Shown piece after piece: positions 41,713 through 56,842 of a stretch of 64,000 nt of DNA; position 1 is the stretch's first letter, and every line of letters begins with the position of its first letter. The stretch is from Chrysomallon squamiferum (Eukaryota > Animalia > Mollusca). The notes under the pieces are model-generated. The model made no database searches, was not told the DNA's origin, and worked only from the letters and a program-made list of their open reading frames with translations. The position numbers and the translations under genes were made by a program. The stretch spans positions 10,726,001-10,790,000 of the forward strand of contig CM022675.1 of the NCBI GenBank assembly GCA_012295275.1, written 5' to 3'.

Positions 41713-42143
41713 CGTCGCAGCCTCCCGGTGGCCTGCGGAGTTATGAATCACTTTGAGCTGACAGGGCTGCGGACACTAAATTTACTATATCCCACAGGCA
41801 ATTCAGACCGTTTAGGGAGTAATCACGCGCCCAGCTATTGATGTCAATAAAATCTTCGGAGCTAATAGCGATATTTCATTTGTTTGTAAACAGAATCGCA
41901 CTCACGGCTCTGACGGGCCATTGTGAGCTGGCGCTCGGGCTAATGTGAAGTGTAACAGGGAAAAAACGTCGACGAAAGATATAAATTTCTTTCGGATTGG
42001 GAAACAATCGACAGTCATAAATTTCCTTTTCTCTTTCTGAGCAGGTGTCCGAGGGGATGACGGATGAAACTGACGTCGAGAAATAGATTCCACAGACTAA
42101 GCTTCTGAGGATTTAGATTTCTCCGTCACTGATTTTGTATCTT

Positions 42144-42444
<301 letters not shown>

Positions 42445-43601
42445 TCTCTGTCTCTGTCTATGCGTCTGCCTCTGTTTTTCCGTGTATCTTTCTTTCTCTC
42501 ACTTTCTTTCAATCTGTCTGTCATTACTCCCCTCTCTCTCTTTCTCTCCCGCTCATTCTCCCATATCCAACAGGCTCTACACGTGAAAACTACCTATACA
42601 TAAAAATAAAAAAAAAAAAAAAAAAACACGTCCACTGGTCAATTTCACGTTCTGCACTTTTACACGTAACGTTTCTCCGCCAAAAATCGGCTCCCCGTGA
42701 AATGGGGCTTTTTTTTCTTTCTTCTAAAAATTGATGACTTTTCTTACGCGAGTACGACAGATTTTATCAGCCGGCGGAATACATGGCTCTGCGAAAAGAC
42801 GAACACGGGGGAGAAGGAAATTATCTGGCATTGGTGCCATTTCTGACAAGTGATCGCGAAATCCAATTAGGCAAAACACATTTATTTTAAGAGTCAGCTA
42901 AAGCGAACAAATTACTTCATCTCGTTTCCTGACGCGCTTGGAAACCACGTGGGGCTGAAATGTACAGCGTTTGTCACCCCTGCTCCGCCCGTTCAAGCGC
43001 GGAAGCATCCTTCCGAACAACTTTGGCAACTGATCTGTCACTCAGATGTAAAGGGAAACAGTAAATAAATATATAAAAAAAAAAAAAAATATATTATTAT
43101 TATTATATACCTAGGCTGTGAGTGAAAAGGACAGAGAGTTTCCGACCTCAAAACTTTTCTTTTCCTTTCTTTTTATTTTTTTTATTTTTTTATTTTTTCT
43201 TAATTTAGTTTTGCTTTTATTATTATTATTACTATTATTATTATTATTATTATTATTACTACTACTACTATTATTTTTTTATTATTTTTTTACATATTAT
43301 TATTATTATTAGTAGTATTAGTATTATTTAGCTATCATTATTTTATTATTGTTATTGTTGCCATTGTTGTTGATGTTGTTATTATTATTATTATTATTGT
43401 TGCTGTTATTTTTTATTATATTTTTTTTACATATTATTATCATTATTATTGTTTAACTATCATTATTTTATTATTGTTATTTTTTTGTTGTTATTATTAT
43501 TATTATTATTAATATATTTATTTTTTGTTTGTTATTTTTATTATTATTATTATTATTGTTATTATTATTATTTATTATTAGTTTATTATTATTAGTATTA
43601 T

Positions 43602-43683
<82 letters not shown>

Positions 43684-43687
<4 letters not shown>

Positions 43688-43868
43688 ATAACAGTAGTAG
43701 TATTTTTCTAAAAATCATTTCATCTTGAATATTCTGTATCATAACCTTCCCCTCTTCTAAAACAAATGGATTCGCTCCTGTGTAGATAATTACGTAAAGA
43801 AATAAATCATTTCACTTTCTGATCTTATTTCCTGTAATCTACATTCATTTCCTTTTCCTTATTCATTT
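43684..43868 (+). repeat. Dispersed repeat A, copy 1 (about 185 bp, after an (AGT)n tract)
   Basis: Near-identical to 47597-47782, for example TATTTTTCTAAAAATCATTTCAT...CTTCTAAAACAAATGGATTCGC...AGATAATTACGTAAAGAAATAAATCATTTCAC...CATTTCCTTTTCCTTATTCATTT. Confidence 0.93.
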
Positions 43869-44995
43869 CTGTGTTAATTTATTAAACAAGCGTCATTATT
43901 TGTTTATTTATTTATTTATATTTCTATTATTATTTCGCTATTCTTCTTCATTTTCTTCTTCTTCTTTTCTTCTTCTTCTTCTTCTTCTTCTTCTTGTACT
44001 TCTTCTTCTTCTTCTTGTTCTTCTTCTTCTTCTTCTTCTTCTTATTATTATTATTATTACAAATTTTCTTGAGATAAGCTATTTTAAAGAGAAGGGATTT
44101 AAATTATTTGTTGTTCCTAGATTTTCGTTCTTTATTTGTCTTTTCTTTTCGGTTTCTCATATATCTGTAGTTATTACTACGCTGTTACTGTTGTTGTTGT
44201 TGTTGTTGTTGTTGTTGCTACTGATACTAATACTGTTGTTATAATTAATATTGCTAGAGATACTATCGTTGTTGTTATTGAAAAATATTATTCTTACCAC
44301 TGTATCTTTTTTTCTTTGTTGTTATAGGTGGCAGTGGTGTTATATTTATTTTAGTTTTATTTCATTTTATTTTTTTTCGTTTCATTTCATTTTATTTTAA
44401 GTTTTATTTACATATTATAATCAATTTTTTTTTTTTTTGTCTTCATCATTACTCATTCACTCACATTTAAATTTGATAGATTTTAAAAAATAAAGTTTAT
44501 TTAATCCTTTTGGTGAAACAGCACATTTCACTATTCGAGTTTTTAAAACCCGGAGAGTGTATTGGAGAATCTGTTTGAAAATCAAAAAAGGAAAATGTTA
44601 ACTTTTAAAAAAAATAATAAAAAAAAAAAAAAAAAAAAAATTAAAAAAAAATGTTTGAGATATCTCTTTCTTCAGTGCTACAGTTTATAATGTCTGCCAA
44701 AAATATATTCACCTTTTTTTAGATAGCTAGTTTTATTTTATTTTATTATAATAAATTATTTATTTCTTGTTTATTTTATTTAAATAAATAATATAAAAAG
44801 CTCGATTATTTGAAATATTAATTAGTGACTATAAAAACAAAATGAAAAATGAAAATTATATGTTTAACTGTTATTTTATTATATTAATTAATAATTTAAT
44901 TTGATCTATTTGTAAGTATTTGTAATTTTAAAATTTATTTATAACAACAACAATAATTACAAAATAACAACAATAATACTTAAAACAACAACAAC

Positions 44996-45055
<60 letters not shown>

Positions 45056-45695
45056 GACAACAATTATAACAACAACGATAATGATAAATAATAAACATAA
45101 ACCCTAATAAAACTCATTTTAAATTAACAACTATTAACTATATATAATGAAAACATCTTTGGCTACTGTTATCGATTATTAGCAAAATCTATTTATCATT
45201 TTGCACCTTCCCATTGATCGGAAAAAAAAAACCGAAGATTTAATTAAATTATTACGGGACTCAAGACTTGTAGAGTGTCAATGGCAAGTTCACAGATTTG
45301 ATCCTGAGAACCAGCGCGTACCAGCCCAACACTTAAACTGGTGAATTAAAGTGAGCGCAGTTTGTATATTAGAAATAAATTGTATACGCTATACGACACA
45401 GAAGTTGCGTTCAAGAGATAAAAACATTAATTTAATGTAACAAGGAATGCTGTGTTTGTATACAAAGATAAGCTCATAAAATATATGTAAGACGACGTAA
45501 GGAATTCGTATACCGTGAATACATAGCCTACATTTATTTTACGTAATAATGTATATGTAACATTAATCTTGTAATTCGTGTATACTACAGTTACAAATAT
45601 ATATATTAATTTTATACAAAAAAACAGTACAGTAGTTTAATATAATGAACAAACACTATTTTTGTATTTTTTTTTTTATTATTTTTTATATCTAG

Positions 45696-45730
<35 letters not shown>

Positions 45731-46485
45731 ATAAATAAACACACAGATATATAGTAGTAAAGTGTTTTAATACAATAGTTACATAAATATAGTCTATAAA
45801 GTTCACGCAATTTGTATACTATGAATAATCAGACTAATACTGTATAAAAAACCAACCCTAAAACGGCACAATATTTTCTAATAATACACAGACTCAACAC
45901 CTTAGTTTAAATTAGCTCAACACTCTATTTATAATACTTGTATTTATAATAAAATAAAGGCGCGCACCCACACACACGCACCCACACACACACACACACA
46001 CACAGGTATATTAATAACGTCTGCAATATTAATGAATCTTGTGTACGATAGACAAACACATTAATTTTGCGTAACAAACTGTACAACGTAAACTGAATTC
46101 CAAGTTACTATCTGACGATTCGGCTTAACTCTAGATTAATTTACGTTAACCCTTTTCGAATCTGGCTGGAATACAATCTGATAATTATAGATTTTTGTCT
46201 TGTCTCATACGACAAGTAATAAGTCATCCTTGTGGTGTCAGACCACAGTTAATTTTTTCTCAACAAACTCGACATCTCGGTCGATAATTAAGAAGCAATT
46301 TGTAAGAAATGAAAACGTGTCTGAAAACAGGACACACGATCCGAAGTTTGTGTCAGTGATGGGAAAATAAACAAAGTGAATGAATTAGTGAGTACGAGAT
46401 TAAGCAAGTAAGAGAAGAAATTGGTGTGTAAGTTATTAATAAGTAAGATAGTAAGTAAATAAATAATTAAATATATATATAAAAC

Positions 46486-46588
<103 letters not shown>

Positions 46589-47531
46589 ACGAAATAATGA
46601 AAAACAACTTTCATAGCCATTATTGTTTTATGATTCTTCCTCGTCTTATTTTTCTTCTTGTTGTTGATGTAACTGTTATTATTATAAATAAGTAAACAAT
46701 TAGGCATGTTTTTTTTTGTTTTTTTTTTTCTCCTTTTTATTTTATCTGATTCCCTTTTTTATATAGATATTTATTTCTTTTTGTAAATAAACAAACAAAC
46801 AAACAAATAAACAAACAAACAAAAAAAAACAAAACAAAAAAAAAAAAAAAAAAACTAACAATACAAAAATATATATATATTTTTTTTAAATTTAAAAAGA
46901 TAAAAAATAATAAAAATAAAAATAAATAAATAACAAGTAATTTATCGTCCTCGAAACACATATTTCTGATCTGTATGCGAAAAATGTATCTTTTTTTGTA
47001 TTTTTCTTTGACATTATCTTGCTCATCTAAATTCATTCTATTAATCTTGTTTTAAATTCGTATTTAAAATCTTGTTTGTTTTGTTTATCTCTCAGTTCTG
47101 GTAATATGAAGGTGTGTCATTGAATAGCACGTAAATTGTAGAAAACAGAAAATGAAGTATAACATAATTATAAAAAAAAAAGTTGGGGATCATGGCCTTT
47201 TGTCAGCACAATTTGTTAGGCCTCGGTTTCGTTGATGTACAATTTCCGCGTAAATACACGAGCACTCAAAGCAACAGGTGATAGACGACAACTTGGCGAT
47301 GACGTCGAACATTCCTCGATGATACTCGAATCTGAAGTAAACAACACACGACTTTTAACGAAGATATCCGGAATGTAACGAGAACATGGGGAGACCACCG
47401 AAATAAATCAAATTTAATTGTTATGTCGGAGTAGTGCTACTGCTTTTACCACAACGACAACAATAACAATAATGACTACTACTACTACTACTACCACTAC
47501 TACTACTACTACTACTACTATTACAACATTC

Positions 47532-47596
<65 letters not shown>

Positions 47597-47600
<4 letters not shown>

Positions 47601-47782
47601 ATAACAGTAGTAGTATTTTTCTAAAAATCATTTCATATTGAAGGATACTGAATCATAACCTTACCCTCTTCTAAAACAAATGGATTCGCGCCTGTTTAGA
47701 TAATTACGTAAAGAAATAAATCATTTCACTTTCTCTTCTTATTTCCTGCAATCTACATTCATTTCCTTTTCCTTATTCATTT
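47597..47782 (+). repeat. Dispersed repeat A, copy 2
   Basis: Direct copy of 43684-43868 with scattered substitutions, also preceded by (ATT)n-(AGT)n. Confidence 0.93.
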
Positions 47783-47973
47783 ACAACAACAACTACTACT
47801 ACTATGCCTCTACTCCTCTTCCTCCTACTACTGTTATTACCAATACAACAACAACAACAACAACAACTACTACTACTACAGCTATTACTACTACTATTAC
47901 TAGTACTACTAATACCTCAACTATTAATGCTCCTACTCGAAACGTTACTACTACGATTACTGGTCATATCACT

Positions 47974-48005
<32 letters not shown>

Positions 48006-48550
48006 CATCATCATCATTATCCTGATTGTTATTACCGATTTATGTAGATCTAATCACTGATCCATTATAATACACCAAATCTCGTTGTGTTTTTTTTTCC
48101 CTCTGTATTTTAGCTAAGAGTAATAACTGGAAAAACAGGAGTGGCATAGTGATATTCCACACAAGTCAATAATTATACAGCTTTGTGACAAACCATAAAT
48201 TAAACAGTCCATACCGAACTGTGTTTTATTTAGAAAAAATAACCAGTCTTTCCTTATCAACGTCATGACGTCATTGATCTAATTTCTTAATAATACTGAA
48301 ATAATAATAATAAAAAAAACGAAAGATGACGTTTGATGAGGAAACGGTTGCTATGTGACACTCATCTGCTGAGACCTATCCCTGTTTAGTTCACATCCTG
48401 GTGAAATGTTGTTGAGTCCGAGGGGACGGGGCGGGGGGATGGGAGAAATAAATGTTTAGTACGAATACCTCGCTTCTTGTTCAGTAAGAGTCCACTCAAT
48501 CACTTTTGTTTTAGTAAACTTTATCTTTGTTGACATAACAAACAAACGAA

Positions 48551-48590
<40 letters not shown>

Positions 48591-49159
48591 AAATAAAAAG
48601 GACTGAATTAATGAATAAAAAAAAAACTACAAAAAAAAAAATAATAATAATAATAAATAAATAAATAAAAATAAACAAAACAAAACAAAAGAAACAGAAA
48701 AAAAAACTACAAAAAAAACCCCGCAGACACAAAAGCACATTCACACACAAACACACACACACATATACACACACACACATACACACATCTATTTATGGCT
48801 GTTATAAAAATCATTAACCGGCGACTAATATTTCATTAATAATTACTGTCTCTGGTTTCCCCACCACTAAAAGAAGCTGTTTCAATCTGCACACTGCACT
48901 GATTATGTTTGCCTTGCAGTCAATACGCCCCCAGCCATTGTCACATGAAAACCACAACTGTCTGTCGGTTGTTTTTTAGAGAGCCTATGAAATAATATTT
49001 TGGTTTTATAAACTAGAATAATAAAATTATTGCACAGTTTATGTATTTAGTATGCTTTCGTGCTTGAAGTATTATAATAATGATAAAGATAATGATGGTG
49101 ATGACGATGATGATAATAAATTGTATTATCCAGCTTATGCGTTTAAGAGAGAGAGAGAA

Positions 49160-49224
<65 letters not shown>

Positions 49225-49301
49225 GAGCAGCAAATAAATATGTACTCTATATTGCTAATCAAATTAAAATATATGGCTAATTTCTTATGTGAAATAAGGA
49301 T

Positions 49302-49380
<79 letters not shown>

Positions 49381-50086
49381 TTCTCCGCTTTGTAAACAAC
49401 TTAGGGATATAAATTCATAAACCGCTCATATGATGTACAAGAAAGTTATATTTTTTTATTTTTATTTTTATTTTTATTTTTATTTATTTTTTTATATCTT
49501 CACCTTTTGATGTGGACATATACGTCGGATTTTACTCTTTGATCTGGACCTTGTGGTCTACGGCCTTTTGTTTTAATCGTGGATTTGTCAAATCGACACG
49601 ACCGAAAACATCGTAAATGTTAGCGCTACGTTTGCCTTGTGGTCATTCGTGTGTAAGTTTCATGATATTGACAACGATGTTTGTTTCACTGCAGACAACA
49701 GTCTGGCGTTTTTCACAAAGATGAAATAAAACATTGTCATGTTTTACCGTTACGTCTAGATGACTCGAATTATACTTACATTTACGGGGAAATATGTAGA
49801 TGTGCCTGTACTTTGTGTTCGTGTATGTATGTGTCTGTGTGTGTGTGTGTGTGTGTTTCTGAGTGTTTTTGTGTGTGTATATATATATATTTCTTTAACT
49901 GTCTCTTTTATTCGTTATAATCGTCATTATCATCATCGTCATCTTCTTCTTCTTCATCATCATCATCTTCTTCTTTGTTTTATTTTAATATTAAATTAAC
50001 AACAGAATCAAAATAATAACAGAAATCACACCAGCAGCATCAACAGTAAGTAAAAACCATAAATAAATAATAGGAATAAAAACAGT

Positions 50087-50117
<31 letters not shown>

Positions 50118-50256
50118 GCAACAGCAACGTAATAATAACAACAAAAATAACAAAACCACTATTATTATTATTATTATTATTAAACCAGGACACATACAAA
50201 ATTTAAAAACAACGATACTGAAAATAAAACAGAACGAAACTAAACTAACCTTTATA

Positions 50257-50293
<37 letters not shown>

Positions 50294-51077
50294 ACCACCA
50301 CCACATCTTTATTGTTGACACCAATTTACCTACAGGCTTTTTTGGCCCTCTTCACTGGAGTTATCATGTTATTTCATTAACCTGACTGTCCTAATCCCCC
50401 GAGAGACTATAATCCATCAAAAAGTCGACGCGGTGACATAACCCGCTCGCTCTTGACACTTGCAGTTTTAACGCGCTGTGTGACGTCTTGTTAAGAAACA
50501 GAAAGAATACGTCACAAGTGATCTATGATGAATGGGCCGCCTACGTAACTCGAGGTCAGAGGTCGTAAGCCTGTTGTAAATTTCAAGTGTCTTGAAACCA
50601 AACACGACAGCGTATTATAAGAGATCAGGTGACATATTTATTTATCCGGCTGCAGGACTGCTGCTTGAAAATTTGTTCTTTTTTTTAAAAAAATGTTAAA
50701 TAATTGCTTAAGCACGCTCGTTGTGGGTATATGCTATGATTTCTTCTGAAAACTGTAACCACAAAAAAAAAAAAAAAAAAAATAAATAAATAAATAAATA
50801 AATAAATAAAGAAGAAGAAGAAGAAGAAGAAGAAGAAAACTGTATTTTATCCTCATGGACGTAAGTTATATTTCCACCAGATCGTAACAATCGACTAACA
50901 GCGAAATGGTCGTAGTTGTTGTCATGTTGAAGGGACGCTCATGGCACCAGCATCAGAACAATCAAGAACGGCTACAGCTACAGTAAAAGCTTCCATCAGC
51001 TGTTTGGCGAAACATAAGTATCATACAGTAAGATCGAATGCAAGAGGTTTCAGCCTCAATTTTATTTTATTTTATTT

Positions 51078-51115
<38 letters not shown>

Positions 51116-51463
51116 AGGAAATAATATCACAAAATATGTCATTTTAATATCATTTATTTGCTAGCACAATATTTGAACACTTTAAATGTTACGCAGCCAA
51201 ACTCTCAAGTTGTGGCTGAATTCAGGAATGAACTGACACTCAGAGGATCTGTCTGTCAGTCTGAAGTTCCCCCACACGTTTTTATTTTTATTTTACTCTG
51301 GAGCCGAGTACAGACACTGATCCCTTGAAGGACCCTAGAGTTAACCAACTGACATTTGTAAGCAACAGTTAAACAGAGGTTAAGATGCATGATGTGCAGT
51401 TTCTGTAAAATGTATCAAAATTCAAATCCAGTTAACCAGAAATTAGTTTATAAATAAATTCCT

Positions 51464-51509
<46 letters not shown>

Positions 51510-51720
51510 CAATAATAACAACAGCAGCAACTACTACAACAACAACAACTACCAACTACTACTAATAATAATAAATATATTATAATGATGATGATGATGA
51601 TTATGACGATGACAAAAAATAAAAATAAAAGTAATAACTACCACTATTACAACTACTACTGCTACTACTATTTATTATTATTATTATTATTATTAATACA
51701 AGTACTACTGCTGCTACTAC

Positions 51721-51767
<47 letters not shown>

Positions 51768-51841
51768 GTAGTTGTTGTTGTTATTATTGTAGTACTAGTA
51801 GTTATATTTGTTGTTATTGTTGTTACTGTTATTATGACACT

Positions 51842-51873
<32 letters not shown>

Positions 51874-52388
51874 CCATGCTATTTGTTTCCGTCACGGTAT
51901 CAACAAAATGCCATCCCTTATCTTCTTCTTCCATTTCAGCGCCTTTCAAACAACACCAGCAGACAGCTCGTGCAAACCTAACGCAACAGCAACCGTCACG
52001 AAAGAGTGAGTCACTGCAGACTATTTACCCGTCTGCCCCTGTCACAAGTAAGCAACGATAAATGGGAAGCACGAAAATGGCTGGCATTCCTGCCGTCGTT
52101 ATCGTCGTTGTTGTCGTTGTTGACGTGCACGGTCTAACTAATGCGGTTCCAGGGGTAAGGCCCGGTGACAATTAGGGCCCGCCGAAGTCTCGCGCGCTAT
52201 GACGCGTCACAGAAAAAAGAAGAAAAAAAAACCAGTTCGTCTGATTTGGCGCGCGAGCCGCTGGTAGAAAGAAACAGACTCGGGTGAAAGAATTTTTTCT
52301 TGTCTTCAGAATTCCGCAGCACGAAGCGTTTTACAGTCTTGTCCCGTATTTTCTTATTTCTTTTACTTTATTGTTGTTGTTGTTGTTA

Positions 52389-52453
<65 letters not shown>

Positions 52454-52486
52454 TAATTATATTATTGTTGTTGTTGTTATTTTATT

Positions 52487-52517
<31 letters not shown>

Positions 52518-52532
52518 TTATTATTTATATTA

Positions 52533-52567
<35 letters not shown>

Positions 52568-52967
52568 TTGGTTTGTTGTTTCCTCCAGTAATCAAAGATG
52601 GAAGCGATAACTGAATGTATGGATGAAGGAATCAAAGAATAAAAAGAAGACATAAAGAAAGAGGGAAAGAATGAATCATAGGAAAAATGAAGACAAGAAA
52701 GATGAATGAATCAAATGAGGAAGAAAGGAAAGAAGGAATGCAGAAATAAATAAATAAATAAATAAGTAAGTAAGTAAATAAATAAATAATAGTTAAGATA
52801 TATACATCAGTAAGTAAGTCAGCAAGTAAATAATAAACCAACTAAATAAATAAATATTAATGAGTATTAATTTTTACAACAGTACCCATTATAGCGGTTA
52901 CTAGTTGTTGTTATTATTATTGCACATTTTGTATTTACCATTTTTCTTCTTCTTATTTTTTTTGTTT

Positions 52968-53002
<35 letters not shown>

Positions 53003-53807
53003 TATTATTATTTCTTTGTTTGCGATACGATTAACATCAGATGATCTCTTCCAATGTCATTCTATAAACAAGAAAGCAGATACACGTTTATTATACCACA
53101 AAAAAGTGATTTCTACAAAGATTCTAAACTTCTGTTTGACTGATGAAATATGATAAGCTGTCTCGAGTTATATTTGATTTTCTCTGTTTCTTTTTCATGT
53201 ACATTACAACGTGCGCTTCCATCTTTGTCTACGATCATTTATCCCATTTTCTTTCCTGGCGATCGGAGAGTTTTAGGAAACACACATGTCATAGAAAGAC
53301 TGAGGCACTGTTACCCGACCGCCGCCAGTTCATTAATCTTGTTTGGTTTTACTATTTATATGTTCAGAAATTAATAAACGGAATGATTTTCGACTTTTCT
53401 AATCTAAAATAAAATCTTTAGGAAGGAAGTTTAATTGACCTGAAAAAAAAAAGAAAAAAATAAAAAAACGTATTTAAATTAAGTAATTTGAAGGGAATAT
53501 TATTAATTATTTTTTGTGTTGAAAAGTATTTATATCAGCTAAGTTTTGAATATGATTATTAATTATGGTAGTAGCAAAGTGGATATAAATTGTAATATAA
53601 TACAGTGAATATTAGACAAAACATTTATTTATTTATTTATTTTATCATTATTTCTGATATTTTATTATTATTATTTATTATTATTATTAAATTATTATTA
53701 TTATTATTAAATTATATTATTATTAGTGTCTTATGCATGTATTATTATTATTATTATTATTGGCATGTGAGATAGTATGCGGTGGTGCAAATGTTTAATT
53801 ATAATTA

Positions 53808-54011
53808 TACAGGGTGTCCACAAAGTCTGGGTACATGGGGAATTTTACTATGTTATTTATTTATGTTATTTTTCTTACCAGATCGAATGATGGCTCTGTC
53901 TAAAAAATTATGCATTGAAAGTGATGGAAATCATATTGAAAACATTATTTATTAACATTAGACTTAAATAAAACTATTTTATTTTAAAAGTATGTGTTAA
54001 ACCGTTATGCA
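53808..54011 (+). mobile_element. Internally deleted Tc1/mariner-superfamily remnant
   Basis: TA followed by CAGGGTGTCCACAAAGTCTGGGTACAT is a typical Tc1/mariner TIR start. 53902-53955 translates as KKLCIESDGNHIENIIY*, matching the CIxxxGxH(F/I)E C-terminal motif of these transposases, and AATAAA follows. No matching right TIR was seen. Confidence 0.65.
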
Positions 54012-54569
54012 TGCAAATGTTTATTTATAATTATATATACCCGGACGTAGAGACTGAAGAAAACACAGGAGATACTTAACAATTGTTTTATGCATAATCA
54101 TGCTGATGTGTATTTCCTTAATGATATCAAATACTCTTAAAAAGATTGTTATTCTTCACCTTACCTTCCTTGTTTCCTGCACAAAAAACTCAGGGTATTT
54201 AAATATTGTCTTACCATCTTTGGTTTCGCTCTAGTTCATAATACTTGTTGTGACAGAAGTCAGATTACGATCGTTTTTTAATGGAGTGTGTTTTATATTG
54301 AAAAAAATTAATCACAAATCCATTTTCGTTTCGTTTTGTTTTATTTTACCATTTTATAAATTGCATCATGTTAAATTAAATTTTAAGCTGCTGTAATAAT
54401 AATAATAATAATAATAATAATGAAATTTAAAATAATAATAATGGTCAAAACAAAATTTAAAATAATAAGCATAAAATAATCAAAACAAAATAATATAATA
54501 TAATTTAATATAATAATAATTAATATAAAATATTAATATAATATGATATATGATATATATATATAATAT

Positions 54570-54667
<98 letters not shown>

Positions 54668-55256
54668 ATATATATATATATATATGTATGTATAAATGAA
54701 TATATGTATCGATGGATGGATGGATGTATGCATGTACGTTTGCATTTAATTATAAGTAAGTATGCAGGAGGCTATGTGTACATACACCGCCATTACTAAC
54801 ATAAGACACATAATGTGATGCATCAACTCAAACACAAAGACAACTACTGAAGATACTAATCTTTCGTCCATCTTATTTCCGACTCAGTCTGATATGCGTC
54901 TGTTTCAAATTCTCATAACCATGTTGTTGTTGTTTATTTATTTGTTTTTTCCACTTATATTTTTCCTTCTTGAAAACGGACTTATTTTTGAAACGTCACA
55001 GAAAACCTTAGATACAGATAAAAGTGGAAAACTGCGCCGCATTTGACATGCGACTTAAACATGCTTCTTCACGTAATTGTTCACGTAACTCCGTATTACG
55101 TTTCAGGACGACAGTCGTAAGTTACGCCCAGGATCGTATCCATTTACGTCTTATTTCAGATACTTTGAGTTAAACTAAAGTATTATATGTTTAAATACAC
55201 TTATGTTGATGTTTTAATATATTAATTAATGTTCTATGATGAATAGATGATGATTA

Positions 55257-55287
<31 letters not shown>

Positions 55288-55382
55288 AAGACGATGACGA
55301 TATTGATCATGATGATAATAATAATAATAATGATTTTCTTTATTCATAACTTGATTAAAATGTTAAATAAATAAATAACAAA

Positions 55383-55417
<35 letters not shown>

Positions 55418-55510
55418 AAGAAAAAAGAACAAAAAATATCAACAACAAAAGCAACAAAAAAGCAAACTGACTTTATGTAAACTTATTTACTGCAGTTTAT
55501 AAAGTTTCTT

Positions 55511-55541
<31 letters not shown>

Positions 55542-55848
55542 TTATTATTATTATAAGGTCACGTGATCATTAAATTACCATTAAATATTTCACACAGTTA
55601 TAACGTACATAGAAATCGGATTTTCACTGGTACATTTCTGTTGTCAGTTACAATGACACGCACTCTGTGTTTTATCAGCTGTGGTACATGCAACAAAAAT
55701 GGAAATTGTATGTTTAATCGTTAATTACGAAATAGTCAGTTATTATTTCATACATCTATATATATCTGTTTATCTGTCTCTCTATCTCTCTGTCTGTCTG
55801 TCCTATTTATGTATCTATCTATATGTATATGTGTTATTGTGCATGTGC

Positions 55849-55906
<58 letters not shown>

Positions 55907-56799
55907 GTGTGTGTGTACGTACATGTATATATGATTATATATTAATCTTTATCACCATTCACGTGTTATATGTGTGCTGCATTCATGCATATAAATGGAA
56001 TTTTGTATCTTACATATCCTTCTTCTCTTTTTTCTCCCCTTCGTTCTGGATTCAGCACACTTTACGTTAGGAGCGCCGTTTCTGTTTTGTGGTTTGTAAA
56101 ACAAAACCAGGTTTAACTGCGTGGTCGGTACTCCGTGACTTACTGGACACGCAATCAGTTATAAATAGACACACCCTTTGTGAACTAAACAAGAATTTGT
56201 TAACAGGAATGTGTGATCGAATCGAAATTTTTAGGTTTGTAATTTTTTTTTTTTTTTTTTCCCCTTTGGTAGTGTGTGTGTGTGTGTGTTTAAAATAAAG
56301 CTTATTGTGACGTCATAAACGATTAATTATGACGTCTACCTAGCGACGTTGCACGATGTGAATGTCTGCATTTTATGCTGCACAACGTTGATTTAGCAAA
56401 AAGGTAAGTTTTATAGAACTAATTAATTGTGTTTGCGATTAAATTTCCGATAAAATTAGAATGCACACAATCTGTTATCAAAGATGATTGATCGCTGAAA
56501 CTAAACAAAGTGACCGTAATATTATAATAAAGATATTTAAGTATAAATATTTTTAGTATTATTTTGATTTCAATGCGTACGGCGACAATTACACAGTAAT
56601 TTACGTTCAACGTGTTTAATTTTTATTTAACTTTATTTTAATAGAAAACGTTTCCTAAATATAAATTTTATTAACAATAGGTCAGATGTGAAGAACTAGC
56701 TAGAACGAAATATAACTCATCGGATTCAGTGAGGAGAATTAATATTAGTTTATAATGATTACTAATCAAATGAAGTAAAAATTAAATAAATAAATTTAA

Positions 56800-56842
<43 letters not shown>

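Noticed and set aside
41243-41841. Plus-strand ORFs of 117 and 101 aa antisense to Dfd exon 1 and its promoter
   Set aside because: Expected shadow ORFs of GC-rich coding DNA, with no recognisable motif.
45290-45345. Possible inverted SINE/tRNA head fragment
   Set aside because: Similarity is too weak to support without a profile search, and no cloverleaf is present.
56343-56390. Imperfect hairpin CGACGTTGCA...TGCACAACGTTG as a pre-miRNA
   Set aside because: Too short, with a tiny loop and many G-U pairs and mismatches. It matches no miRNA I recognise.
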